A model generated the notes under the pieces. The model worked only from the letters and a program-made list of their open reading frames with translations, made no database searches and was not told the DNA's origin. A program made the translations under genes and the position numbers. From Azolla caroliniana (lineage: Eukaryota > Plantae > Polypodiophyta), in assembly GCA_043228905.1 (NCBI GenBank), contig JBHGNT010000037.1:1-64000 (forward strand): a DNA stretch of 64,000 nt, written 5' to 3'. Of the stretch, positions 39,623 to 54,600 are shown one piece after another. Numbering within the stretch: the first letter of the stretch is position 1; the number at the start of each line of letters is the position of its first letter.

Positions 39623-42600
39623 GTTGAGAAGAGCGAGTGAGTAAATTAAAATGGTCATACCTGGCTCGTGTGATATCGGATTTCTGTGTTCAAACATGCA
39701 AATCGAAGCTAACAAGGCTAGCTATGATATAGAATTAAAAAATCGAGATTTTGAAACTCAGGTCGAGAGACATGAAGAAATTAGCATATTTGAGGAGGGA
39801 GTTGAGAAGAGCGTGTGTGTAAATTAAAATGGTCATACCTGGCTCGTGTGATATCGGATTTCTGTGTTCAAACATGCGAATCGAAGCTAACAAGGCTAGC
39901 TATGATATAGAATTAAAAAATCGAGATTTTGAAACTCACGTCGAAAGACATGAGGAAATTAGAATATTTGAGGAGGGAGTTGAGAAGAGCTAGTGAGTAA
40001 ATTAAAATGTTCATACCTGGCTCGTGTGATATCGAATTTTTGTGTTCAAACATGCGAATCGAAGCTAACAACGCTAGCTATCATATAGAATTAAAAAATC
40101 GAAATTTTGAAACTCAGGTCGAGAGACATGAGGAAATTAGCATATTTCAAGAAGGAGTTGAGAAGAGCCAGTCAGTAAATTAAAATGTTCAGACCTGGCT
40201 CGTGTGATATCGGATTTCTGTGTTCAAACATGCAAATCGAAGCTAACACGGCTAGCTATGATATAGAATTAAAAAATCGAGATTTTGAAACTCAGGTCGA
40301 GAGACATGAAGAAATTAGCATATTTGAGGAGGGAGTTGAGAAGAGCTAGTGAGTAAATTAAAATGTTCAGACCTGGCACGTGTGATATCGGATTTTTGTG
40401 TTCAAACATGCGAATCGAAGATAACAACGCTAGCTATGATATAGAATTAAATAATCGAGATTTTGAAACTCAGGTCGAGAGACATGAAGAAATTACAATA
40501 TTTGAGGAGGGAGTTGAGAAGAGCTAGTGAGTAAATTAAAATGTTCATACCTGGCTCGTGTGATATCGGATTTTTGTGTTAAAACATGCGAATCGAAGCT
40601 AACAACGCTAGCTATGATATAGAATTAAAAAATCGTGATTTCGAAACTCAGGTCGAAAGACATGAGGAAATTAGCATGCTGGAGGAGGGAGTTGAGAAGA
40701 GCGAGTGAGTAAATTAAAATGGTCATACCTGGCTCGTGTGATATCGGATTTCTGTGTTCAAACATGCGAATCGAAACTAACAAGGCTAGCTATGATATAG
40801 AATTAAAAAATCGAGATTTTGAAACTGACGTCGAAAGACATGAGGAAATTAGCATATTTGAGGAGGGAGTTGAGAAGAGCGAGTGAGTAAATTAAAATGG
40901 TCATACCTGGCTCGTGTGATATCGGATTTCTGTGTTCAAACATGCAAATCGAAGCTAACAAGGCTAGCTATGATATAGAATTAAAAAATCGAGATTTTGA
41001 AACTCAGGTCAAGAGACATGAAGAAATTAGCATATTTGAGGAGGGAGTTGAGAAGAGCGTGTGAGTAAATTAAAATGGTCATACCTGGCTCGTGTGATAT
41101 CGGATTTCTGTGTTCAAACATGCAAATCGAAGCTAACAAGGCTAGTTATGATATAGTATTAAAAAATCAAGATTTTGAAACTCTGGTCGAGAGACATGCG
41201 GAAATTAGCATATTTGAGGAGGGAGTTGAGAAGAGCCAGTGAGTAAATTAAAATGGTCATACCTGGCTCGTGTGATATCGGATTTCTGTGTTCAAACATG
41301 CAAATCGAAGCTAACAAGGCTAGCTATGATATAGAATTAAAAAATCGAGATTTTGAAACTGACGTCGAAAGACATGAGGAAATTAGCATGTTGGAGGAGG
41401 GAGTTGAGAAGAGCGAGTGAGTAAATTAAAATGGTCATACCTGGCTCGTGTGATATCGGATTTCTGTGTTCAAACATGCGAATCGAAGCTAACAAGGCTA
41501 GCTATGACATAGAATTAAAAAATCGAGATTTTGAAACTCAGGTCGAGAGACATGAGGAAATTAGCATATTTGAGGAGGGAGTTGAGAAGAGCGAGTGAGT
41601 AAATTAAAATGGTCATACCTGGCTCGTGTGATATCGGATTACTGTGTTCAAACATGCGAATCGAAACTAACAAGGCTAGCTATGATATAGAATTAAATAA
41701 TCGAGATTTTGAAACTCAGGTCGAGAGACATGAAGAAATTACAATATTTGAGGAGGGAGTTGAGAAGAGCTAGTGAGTAAATTAAAATGTTCATACCTGG
41801 CTCGTGTGATATCGGATTTTTGTGTTCAAACATGCGAATCGAAGCTAACAACGCTAGCTATGATATAGAATTAAAAAATTGAGATTTTGAAACTCAGGTC
41901 GAGAGACATGAGGAAATTAGCGTATTTCAAGAAGGAGTTGAGAAGAGCCAGTCAGTAAATTAAAATGTTCATACCTGGGACGTCTGATATCGGATTTTTG
42001 TGTTCAAACATGCGAATCGAAGCTAACAACGCTAGCTATGATATAGAATTAAAAAATTGAGATTTTGAAACTCAGGTCGAGAGACATGAGGAAATTAGCG
42101 TATTTCAAGAAGGAGTTGAGAAGAGCCAGTCAGTAAATTAAAATGTTCATACCTGGGACGTCTGATATCGGATTTTTGTGTTCAAACATGCGAATCGAAG
42201 ATAACAACGCTAGCTATGATATAGAATTAAATAATCGAGATTTTAAAACTCAGGTCGAGAGACATGAAGAAATTACAATATTTGAGGAGGGAGTTGAGAA
42301 GAGCTAGTGAGTAAATTAAAATGTTCATACCTGGCTCGTGTGATATCGGATTTCTGTGTTCAAACATGCGAATCGAAGCTAACAACGCTAGCTATGATAT
42401 AGAATTAAAAAATCAAGATTTTGAAACTGACGTCGAAAGACATGAGGAAATTAGCATGTTGGAGGAGGGAGTTGAGAAGAGCGAGTGAGTAAATTAAAAT
42501 GGTCATACCTGGCTCGTGTGATATCGGATTTCTGTGTTCAAACATGCGAATCGAAACTAACAAGGCTAGCTATGATATAGAATTAAAAAATCAAGATTTT

Positions 42601-45600
42601 GAAACTCAGGTCGAGAGACATGCCGAAATTAGCATATTTGAGGAGGGAGTTGAGAAGAGCCAGTGAGTAAATTAAAATGGTCATACCTGGCTCGTGTGAT
42701 ATCGGATTTCTGTGTTCAAACATGCAAATCGAAGCTAACAAGGCTAGCTATGATATAGAATTAAAAAATCAAGATTTTGAAACTGACGTCGAAAGACATG
42801 AGGAAATTACAATATTTGAGGAGGGAGTTGAGAAGAGCTAGTGAGTAAATTAAAATGTTCATACCTGGCTCGTGTGATATCGGATTTTTGTGTTCAAACA
42901 TGCGAATCGAAGCTAACAACGCTAGCTATCATATAGAATTAAAAAATCGAGATTTTGAAACTCAGGTCGAGAGACATGAGGAAATTAGCATATTTCAAGA
43001 AGGAGTTGAGAAGAGCCAGTCAGTAAATTAAAATGTTCAGACCTGGCACGTGTGGTATCGGATTTTTGTGTTCAAACATGCGAATCGAAGATAACAACGC
43101 TAGCTATGATATAGAATTAAATAATCGAGATTTTGAAACTCAGGTCGAGAGACATGAAGAAATTACAATATTTGAGGAGGGAGTTGAGAAGAGCTAGTGA
43201 GTAAATTAAAATGTTCATACCTGGCTCGTGTGATATCGGATTTTTGTGTTCAAACATGCGAATCGAAGCTAACAACGCTAGCTATGATATAGAATTAAAA
43301 AATTGAGATTTTGAAACTCAGGTCGAGAGACATGAGGAAATTAGCGTATTTCAAGAAGGAGTTGAGAAGAGCCAGTCAGTAAATTAAAATGTTCATACCT
43401 GCGACGTCTGATATCGGATTTTTATGTTCGAACATGCGAATCGAAGATAACAACGCTAGCTATGATATAGAATTAAATAATCGAGATTTTAAAACTCAGG
43501 TCGAGAGACATGAAGAAATTACAATATTTGAGGAGGGAGTTGAGAAGAGCTAGTGAGTAAATTAAAATAATCATACCTGGCTCGTGTGATATCGGATTTC
43601 TGTGTTCAAACATGCGAATCGAAGCTAACAAGGCTAGCTATGACATAGAATTAAAAAATCAAGATTTTGAAACTGACGTCGAAAGACATGACGAAATTAG
43701 CATGTTGGAGGAGGGAGTTGAGAAGAGCGAGTGAGTAAATTAAAATGGTCATACCTGGCTGGTGTGATATCGGATTTCTGTGTTCAAACATGCGAATCGA
43801 AACTAACAAGGCTAGCTATGATATAGAATTAAAAAATCAAGATTTTGAAACTCAGGTCGAGAGACATGCCGAAATTAGCATATTTGAGGAGGGAGTTGAG
43901 AAGAGCCAGTGAGTAAATTAAAATGGTCATACCTGGCTCGTGTGATATCGGATTTCTGTGTTCAAACATGCAAATCGAAGCTAACAAGGCTAGCTATGAT
44001 ATAGAATTAAAAAATCAAGATTTTGAAACTGACGTCGAAAGACATGAGGAAATTACAATATTTGAGGAGGGAGTTGAGAAGAGCTAGTGAGTAAATTAAA
44101 ATGTTCATACCTGGCTCGTGTGATATCGGATTTTTGTGTTCAAACATGCGAATCGAAGCTAACGACGCTAGCTATCATATAGAATTAAAAAATCGAGATT
44201 TTGAAACTCAGGTCGAGAGACATGAGGAAATTAGCGTATTTCAAGAAGGAGTTGAGAAGAGCCAGTCAGTAAATTAAAATGTTCATACCTGGGACGTCTG
44301 ATATCGGATTTTTGTGTTCGAACATGCGAATCGAAGATAACAACGCTAGCTATGATATAGAATTAAATAATCGAGATTTTAAAACTCAGGTCGAGAGACA
44401 TGAAGAAATTACAATATTTGAGGAGGGAGTTGAGAAGAGCTAGTGAGTAAATTAAAATGTTCATACCTGGCTCGTGTGATATCGGATTTCTGTGTTCAAA
44501 CATGCGAATCGAAGCTAACAAGGCTAGCTATGACATAGAATTAAAAAATCAAGATTTTGAAACTGACGTCGAAAGACATGACGAAATTAGCATGTTGGAG
44601 GAGGGAGTTGAGAAGAGCGAGTGAGTAAATTAAAATGGTCATACCTGGCTGGTGTGATATCGGATTTCTGTGTTCAAACATGCGAATCGAAACTAACAAG
44701 GCTAGCTATGATATAGAATTAAAAAATCAAGATTTTGAAACTCAGGTCGAGAGACATGCCGAAATTAGCATATTTGAGGAGGGAGTTGAGAAGAGCCAGT
44801 GAGTAAATTAAAATGGTCATACCTGGCTCGTGTGATATCGGATTTCTGTGTTCAAACATGCAAATCGAAGCTAACAAGGCTAGCTATGATATAGAATTAA
44901 AAAATCAAGATTTTGAAACTGAGGTCGAAAGACATGAGGAAATTACAATATTTGAGGAGGGAGTTGAGAAGAGCTAGTGAGTAAATTAAAATGTTCATAC
45001 CTGGCTCGTGTGATATCGGATTTTTGTGTTCAAACATGCAAATCGAAGCTAACAAGGCTAGCTATGATATAGAATTAAAAAATCGAGATTTTGAAACTGA
45101 CGTCGAAAGACATGAGGAAATTAGCATGTTGGAGGAGGGAGTTGAGAAGAGCGAGTGAGTAAATTAAAATGGTCATACCTGGCTCGTGTGATATCGGATT
45201 TCTGTGTTCAAACATGCGAATCGAAGCTAACAAGGCTAGCTATGACATAGAATTAAAAAATCGAGATTTTGAAACTCAGGTCGAGAGACATGAGGAAATT
45301 AGCATATTTGAGGAGGGAGTTGAGAAGAGCGAGTGAGTAAATTAAAATGGTCATACCTGGCTCGTGTGATATCGGATTACTGTGTTCAAACATGCGAATC
45401 GAAACTAACAAGGCTAGCTATGATATAGAATTAAATAATCGAGATTTTGAAACTCAGGTCGAGAGACATGAAGAAATTACAATATTTGAGGAGGGAGTTG
45501 AGAAGAGCTAGTGAGTAAATTAAAATGTTCATACCTGGCTCGTGTGATATCGGATTTTTGTGTTCAAACATGCGAATCGAAGCTAACAACGCTAGCTATG

Positions 45601-48600
45601 ATATAGAATTAAAAAATTGAGATTTTGAAACTCAGGTCGAGAGACATGAGGAAATTAGCGTATTTGAAGAAGGAGTTGAGAAGAGCCAGTCAGTAAATTA
45701 AAATGTTCATACCTGGGACGTCTGATATCGGATTTTTGTGTTCAAACATGCGAATCGAAGATAACAACGCTAGCTATGATATAGAATTAAATAATCGAGA
45801 TTTTAAAACTCAGGTCGAGAGACATGAAGAAATTACAATATTTGAGGAGGGAGTTGAGAAGAGCTAGTGAGTAAATTAAAATGTTCATACCTGGCTCGTG
45901 TGATATCGGATTTCTGTGTTCAAACATGCGAATCGAAACTAACAACGCTAGCTATGATATAGAATTAAAAAATCAAGATTTTGAAACTGACGTCGAAAGA
46001 CATGAGGAAATTAGCATGTTGGAGGAGGGAGTTGAGAAGAGCGAGTGAGTAAATTAAAATGGTCATACCTGGCTCGTGTGATATCGGATTTCTGTGTTCA
46101 AACATGCGAATCGAAACTAACAAGGCTAGCTATGATATAGAATTAAAAAATCAAGATTTTGAAACTCAGGTCGAGAGACATGCCGAAATTAGCATATTTG
46201 AGGAGGGAGTTGAGAAGAGCCAGTGAGTAAATTAAAATGGTCATACCTGGCTCGTGTGATATCGGATTTCTGTGTTCAAACATGCAAATCGAAGCTAACA
46301 AGGCTAGCTATGATATAGAATTAAAAAATCAAGATTTTGAAACTGACGTCGAAAGACATGAGGAAATTACAATATTTGAGGAGGGAGTTGAGAAGAGCTA
46401 GTGAGTAAATTAAAATGTTCATACCTGGCTCGTGTGATATCGGATTTTTGTGTTCAAACATGCGAATCGAAGCTAACAACGCTAGCTATCATATAGAATT
46501 AAAAAATCGAGATTTTGAAACTCAGGTCGAGAGACATGAGGAAATTAGCATATTTCAAGAAGGAGTTGAGAAGAGCCAGTCAGTAAATTAAAATGTTCAG
46601 ACCTGGCACGTGTGGTATCGGATTTTTGTGTTCAAACATGCGAATCGAAGATAACAACGCTAGCTATGATATAGAATTAAATAATCGAGATTTTGAAACT
46701 CAGGTCGAGAGACATGAAGAAATTACAATATTTGAGGAGGGAGTTGAGAAGAGCTAGTGAGTAAATTAAAATGTTCATACCTGGCTCGTGTGATATCGGA
46801 TTTTTGTGTTCAAACATGCGAATCGAAGCTAACAACGCTAGCTATGATATAGAATTAAAAAATTGAGATTTTGAAACTCAGGTCGAGAGACATGAGGAAA
46901 TTAGCGTATTTCAAGAAGGAGTTGAGAAGAGCCAGTCAGTAAATTAAAATGTTCATACCTGGGACGTCTGATATCGGATTTTTATGTTCGAACATGCGAA
47001 TCGAAGATAACAACGCTAGCTATGATATAGAATTAAATAATCGAGATTTTAAAACTCAGGTCGAGAGACATGAAGAAATTACAATATTTGAGGAGGGAGT
47101 TGAGAAGAGCTAGTGAGTAAATTAAAATAATCATACCTGGCTCGTGTGATATCGGATTTCTGTGTTCAAACATGCGAATCGAAACTAACAAGGCTAGCTA
47201 TGATATAGAATTAAATAATCGAGATTTTGAAACTCAGGTCGAGAGACATGAAGAAATTACAATATTTGAGGAGGGAGTTGAGAAGAGCTAGTGAGTAAAT
47301 TAAAATGTTCATACCTGGCTCGTGTGATATCGGATTTTTGTGTTCAAACATGCGAATCGAAGCTAACAACGCTAGCTATGATATAGAATTAAAAAATTGA
47401 GATTTTGAAACTCAGGTCGAGAGACATGAGGAAATTAGCGTATTTGAAGAAGGAGTTGAGAAGAGCCAGTCAGTAAATTAAAATGTTCATACCTGCGACG
47501 TCTGATATCGGATTTTTGTGTTCAAACATGCGAATCGAAGATAACAACGCTAGCTATGATATAGAATTAAATAATCGAGATTTTAAAACTCAGGTCGAGA
47601 GACATGAAGAAATTACAATATTTGAGGAGGGAGTTGAGAAGAGCTAGTGAGTAAATTAAAATGTTCATACCTGGCTCGTGTGATATCGGATTTCTGTGTT
47701 CAAACATGCGAATCGAAACTAACAACGCTAGCTATGATATAGAATTAAAAAATCAAGATTTTGAAACTGACGTCGAAAGACATGAGGAAATTAGCATGTT
47801 GGAGGAGGGAGTTGAGAAGAGCGAGTGAGTAAATTAAAATAGTCATACCTGGCTCGTGTGATATCGGATTTCTGTGTTCAAACATGCGAATCGAAACTAA
47901 CAAGGCTAGCTATGATATAGAATTAAAAAATCAAGATTTTGAAACTCAGGTCGAGAGACATGCCGAAATTAGCATATTTGAGGAGGGAGTTGAGAAGAGC
48001 CAGTGAGTAAATTAAAATGGTCATACCTGGCTCGTGTGATATCGGATTTCTGTGTTCAAACATGCAAATCGAAGCTAACAAGGCTAGCTATGATATAGAA
48101 TTAAAAAATCAAGATTTTGAAACTGACGTCGAAAGACATGAGGAAATTACAATATTTGAGGAGGGAGTTGAGAAGAGCTAGTGAGTAAATTAAAATGTTC
48201 ATACCTGGCTCGTGTGATATCGGATTTTTGTGTTCAAACATGCGAATCGAAGCTAACAACGCTAGCTATCATATAGAATTAAAAAATCGAGATTTTGAAA
48301 CTCAGGTCGAGAGACATGAGGAAATTAGCATATTTCAAGAAGGAGTTGAGAAGAGCCAGTCAGTAAATTAAAATGTTCAGACCTGGCACGTGTGGTATCG
48401 GATTTTTGTGTTCAAACATGCGAATCGAAGATAACAACGCTAGCTATGATATAGAATTAAATAATCGAGATTTTGAAACTCAGGTCGAGAGACATGAAGA
48501 AATTACAATATTTGAGGAGGGAGTTGAGAAGAGCTAGTGAGTAAATTAAAATGTTCATACCTGGCTCGTGTGATATCGGATTTTTGTGTTCAAACATGCG

Positions 48601-51600
48601 AATCGAAGCTAACAACGCTAGCTATGATATAGAATTAAAAAATTGAGATTTTGAAACTCAGGTCGAGAGACATGAGGAAATTAGCGTATTTCAAGAAGGA
48701 GTTGAGAAGAGCCAGTCAGTAAATTAAAATGTTCATACCTGGGACGTCTGATATCGGATTTTTATGTTCGAACATGCGAATCGAAGATAACAACGCTAGC
48801 TATGATATAGAATTAAATAATCGAGATTTTAAAACTCAGGTCGAGAGACATGAAGAAATTACAATATTTGAGGAGGGAGTTGAGAAGAGCTAGTGAGTAA
48901 ATTAAAATAATCATACCTGGCTCGTGTGATATCGGATTTCTGTGTTCAAACATGCGAATCGAAGCTAACAAGGCTAGCTATGACATAGAATTAAAAAATC
49001 AAGATTTTGAAACTGACGTCGAAAGACATGACGAAATTAGCATGTTGGAGGAGGGAGTTGAGAAGAGCGAGTGAGTAAATTAAAATGGTCATACCTGGCT
49101 GGTGTGATATCGGATTTCTGTGTTCAAACATGCGAATCGAAACTAACAAGGCTAGCTATGATATAGAATTAAAAAATCAAGATTTTGAAACTCAGGTCGA
49201 GAGACATGCCGAAATTAGCATATTTGAGGAGGGAGTTGAGAAGAGCCAGTGAGTAAATTAAAATGGTCATACCTGGCTCGTGTGATATCGGATTTCTGTG
49301 TTCAAACATGCAAATCGAAGCTAACAAGGCTAGCTATGATATAGAATTAAAAAATCAAGATTTTGAAACTGACGTCGAAAGACATGAGGAAATTACAATA
49401 TTTGAGGAGGGAGTTGAGAAGAGCTAGTGAGTAAATTAAAATGTTCATACCTGGCTCGTGTGATATCGGATTTTTGTGTTCAAACATGCGAATCGAAGCT
49501 AACGACGCTAGCTATCATATAGAATTAAAAAATCGAGATTTTGAAACTCAGGTCGAGAGACATGAGGAAATTAGCGTATTTCAAGAAGGAGTTGAGAAGA
49601 GCCAGTCAGTAAATTAAAATGTTCATACCTGGGACGTCTGATATCGGATTTTTGTGTTCGAACATGCGAATCGAAGATAACAACGCTAGCTATGATATAG
49701 AATTAAATAATCGAGATTTTAAAACTCAGGTCGAGAGACATGAAGAAATTACAATATTTGAGGAGGGAGTTGAGAAGAGCTAGTGAGTAAATTAAAATGT
49801 TCATACCTGGCTCGTGTGATATCGGATTTCTGTGTTCAAACATGCGAATCGAAGCTAACAAGGCTAGCTATGACATAGAATTAAAAAATCAAGATTTTGA
49901 AACTGACGTCGAAAGACATGACGAAATTAGCATGTTGGAGGAGGGAGTTGAGAAGAGCGAGTGAGTAAATTAAAATGGTCATACCTGGCTGGTGTGATAT
50001 CGGATTTCTGTGTTCAAACATGCGAATCGAAACTAACAAGGCTAGCTATGATATAGAATTAAAAAATCAAGATTTTGAAACTCAGGTCGAGAGACATGCC
50101 GAAATTAGCATATTTGAGGAGGGAGTTGAGAAGAGCCAGTGAGTAAATTAAAATGGTCATACCTGGCTCGTGTGATATCGGATTTCTGTGTTCAAACATG
50201 CAAATCGAAGCTAACAAGGCTAGCTATGATATAGAATTAAAAAATCAAGATTTTGAAACTGAGGTCGAAAGACATGAGGAAATTACAATATTTGAGGAGG
50301 GAGTTGAGAAGAGCTAGTGAGTAAATTAAAATGTTCATACCTGGCTCGTGTGATATCGGATTTTTGTGTTCAAACATGCGAATCGAAGCTAACAACGCTA
50401 GCTATCATATAGAATTAAAAAATCGAGATTTTGAAACTCAGGTCGAGAGACATGAGGAAATTAGCATATTTCAAGAAGGAGTTGAGAAGAGCCAGTCAGT
50501 AAATTAAAATGTTCAGACCTGGCACGTGTGATATCGGATTTTTGTGTTCAAACATGCGAATCGAAGATAACAACGCTAGCTATGATATAGAATTAAATAA
50601 TCGCGATTTTTAAACTCAGGTCCAGAGACATGAAGAAATTACAATATTTGAGGAGGGAGTTGAGAAGAGCTAGTGAGTAAATTAAAATGTTCATACCTGG
50701 CTCGTGTGATATCGGATTTTTGTGTTAAAACATGCGAATCGAAGCTAACAACGCTAGCTATGATATAGAATTAAAAAATCGTGATTTTGAAACTCAGGTC
50801 GAGAGACATGAGGAAATTAGCATATTTGAGGAGGGAGTTGAGAAAAGCCAGTGAGTAAATTAAAATGGTCATACCTGGCTCGTGTGATATCGGATTTCTG
50901 TGTTCAAACATGCAAATCGAAGCTAACACGGCTAGCTATGATATAGAATTAAAAAATCGAGATTTTGAAACTCACGTCGAAAGACATGAGGAAATTAGAA
51001 TATTTGAGGAGGGAGTTGAGAAGAGCTAGTGAGTAAATTAAAATGTTCATACCTGGCTCGTGTGATATCGAATTTTTGTGTTCAAACATGCGAATCGAAG
51101 CTAACAACGCTAGCTATCATATAGAATTAAAAAATCGAAATTTTAAAACTCAGGTCGAGAGACATGAGGAAATTAGCATATTTCAAGAAGGAGTTGAGAA
51201 GAGCCAGTCAGTAAATTAAAATGTTCAGACCTGGCTCGTGTGATATCGGATTTCTGTGTTCAAACATGCAAATCGAAGCTAACACGGCTAGCTATGATAT
51301 AGAATTAAAAAATCGAGATTTTGAAACTCAGGTCGAGAGACATGAAGAAATTAGCATATTTGAGGAGGGAGTTGAGAAGAGCGAGTGAGTAAATTAAAAT
51401 GGTCATACCTGGCTCGTGTGATATCGGATTTCTGTGTTCAAACATGCGAATCGAAACTAACAAGGCTAGCTATGATATAGAATTAAAAAATCGAGATTTT
51501 GAAACTCAGGTCGAGAGACATGAGGAAATTAGCATATTTGAGGAGGGAGTTGAGAAGAGTCAGTGAGTAAATTAAAATGGTCATACCTGGCTCGTGTGAT

Positions 51601-54600
51601 ATCGGATTTCTGTGTTCAAACATGCGAATCGAAACTAACAAGGCTAGCTATGATATAGACTTAAAAAATCGTGATTTCGAAACTGACGTCGAAAGACATG
51701 AGGAAATTAGCATATTTGAGGAGGGAGTTGAGAAGAGCGAGTGAGTAAATTAAAATGGTCATACCTGGCTCGTGTGATATCGGATTTCTGTGTTCAAACA
51801 TGCAAATCGAAGCTAACAAGGCTAGCTATGATATAGAATTAAAAAATCGAGATTTTGAAACTCAGGTCGAGAGACATGAAGAAATTAGCATATTTGAGGA
51901 GGGAGTTGAGAAGAGCGTGTGTGTAAATTAAAATGGTCATACCTGGCTCGTGTGATATCGGATTTCTGTGTTCAAACATGCGAATCGAAGCTAACAAGGC
52001 TAGCTATGATATAGAATTAAAAAATCGAGATTTTGAAACTCACGTCGAAAGACATGAGGAAATTAGAATATTTGAGGAGGGAGTTGAGAAGAGCTAGTGA
52101 GTAAATTAAAATGTTCATACCTGGCTCGTGTGATATCGAATTTTTGTGTTCAAACATGCGAATCGAAGCTAACAACGCTAGCTATCATATAGAATTAAAA
52201 AATCGAAATTTTGAAACTCAGGTCGAGAGACATGAGGAAATTAGCATATTTCAAGAAGGAGTTGAGAAGAGCCAGTCAGTAAATTAAAATGTTCAGACCT
52301 GGCTCGTGTGATATCGGATTTCTGTGTTCAAACATGCAAATCGAAGCTAACACGGCTAGCTATGATATAGAATTAAAAAATCGAGATTTTGAAACTCAGG
52401 TCGAGAGACATGAAGAAATTAGCATATTTGAGGAGGGAGTTGAGAAGAGCTAGTGAGTAAATTAAAATGTTCAGACCTGGCACGTGTGATATCGGATTTT
52501 TGTGTTCAAACATGCGAATCGAAGATAACAACGCTAGCTATGATATAGAATTAAATAATCGAGATTTTGAAACTCAGGTCGAGAGACATGAAGAAATTAC
52601 AATATTTGAGGAGGGAGTTGAGAAGAGCTAGTGAGTAAATTAAAATGTTCATACCTGGCTCGTGTGATATCGGATTTTTGTGTTAAAACATGCGAATCGA
52701 AGCTAACAACGCTAGCTATGATATAGAATTAAAAAATCGTGATTTCGAAACTCAGGTCGAAAGACATGAGGAAATTAGCATGCTGGAGGAGGGAGTTGAG
52801 AAGAGCGAGTGAGTAAATTAAAATGGTCATACCTGGCTCGTGTGATATCGGATTTCTGTGTTCAAACATGCGAATCGAAACTAACAAGGCTAGCTATGAT
52901 ATAGAATTAAAAAATCGAGATTTTGAAACTGACGTCGAAAGACATGAGGAAATTAGCATATTTGAGGAGGGAGTTGAGAAGAGCGAGTGAGTAAATTAAA
53001 ATGGTCATACCTGGCTCGTGTGATATCGGATTTCTGTGTTCAAACATGCAAATCGAAGCTAACAAGGCTAGCTATGATATAGAATTAAAAAATCGAGATT
53101 TTGAAACTCAGGTCAAGAGACATGAAGAAATTAGCATATTTGAGGAGGGAGTTGAGAAGAGCGTGTGAGTAAATTAAAATGGTCATACCTGGCTCGTGTG
53201 ATATCGGATTTCTGTGTTCAAACATGCAAATCGAAGCTAACAAGGCTAGTTATGATATAGTATTAAAAAATCAAGATTTTGAAACTCTGGTCGAGAGACA
53301 TGCGGAAATTAGCATATTTGAGGAGGGAGTTGAGAAGAGCCAGTGAGTAAATTAAAATGGTCATACCTGGCTCGTGTGATATCGGATTTCTGTGTTCAAA
53401 CATGCAAATCGAAGCTAACAAGGCTAGCTATGATATAGAATTAAAAAATCGAGATTTTGAAACTGACGTCGAAAGACATGAGGAAATTAGCATGTTGGAG
53501 GAGGGAGTTGAGAAGAGCGAGTGAGTAAATTAAAATGGTCATACCTGGCTCGTGTGATATCGGATTTCTGTGTTCAAACATGCGAATCGAAGCTAACAAG
53601 GCTAGCTATGACATAGAATTAAAAAATCGAGATTTTGAAACTCAGGTCGAGAGACATGAGGAAATTAGCATATTTGAGGAGGGAGTTGAGAAGAGCGAGT
53701 GAGTAAATTAAAATGGTCATACCTGGCTCGTGTGATATCGGATTACTGTGTTCAAACATGCGAATCGAAACTAACAAGGCTAGCTATGATATAGAATTAA
53801 ATAATCGAGATTTTGAAACTCAGGTCGAGAGACATGAAGAAATTACAATATTTGAGGAGGGAGTTGAGAAGAGCTAGTGAGTAAATTAAAATGTTCATAC
53901 CTGGCTCGTGTGATATCGGATTTTTGTGTTCAAACATGCGAATCGAAGCTAACAACGCTAGCTATGATATAGAATTAAAAAATTGAGATTTTGAAACTCA
54001 GGTCGAGAGACATGAGGAAATTAGCGTATTTCAAGAAGGAGTTGAGAAGAGCCAGTCAGTAAATTAAAATGTTCATACCTGGGACGTCTGATATCGGATT
54101 TTTGTGTTCAAACATGCGAATCGAAGCTAACAACGCTAGCTATGATATAGAATTAAAAAATTGAGATTTTGAAACTCAGGTCGAGAGACATGAGGAAATT
54201 AGCGTATTTCAAGAAGGAGTTGAGAAGAGCCAGTCAGTAAATTAAAATGTTCATACCTGGGACGTCTGATATCGGATTTTTGTGTTCAAACATGCGAATC
54301 GAAGATAACAACGCTAGCTATGATATAGAATTAAATAATCGAGATTTTAAAACTCAGGTCGAGAGACATGAAGAAATTACAATATTTGAGGAGGGAGTTG
54401 AGAAGAGCTAGTGAGTAAATTAAAATGTTCATACCTGGCTCGTGTGATATCGGATTTCTGTGTTCAAACATGCGAATCGAAGCTAACAACGCTAGCTATG
54501 ATATAGAATTAAAAAATCAAGATTTTGAAACTGACGTCGAAAGACATGAGGAAATTAGCATGTTGGAGGAGGGAGTTGAGAAGAGCGAGTGAGTAAATTA

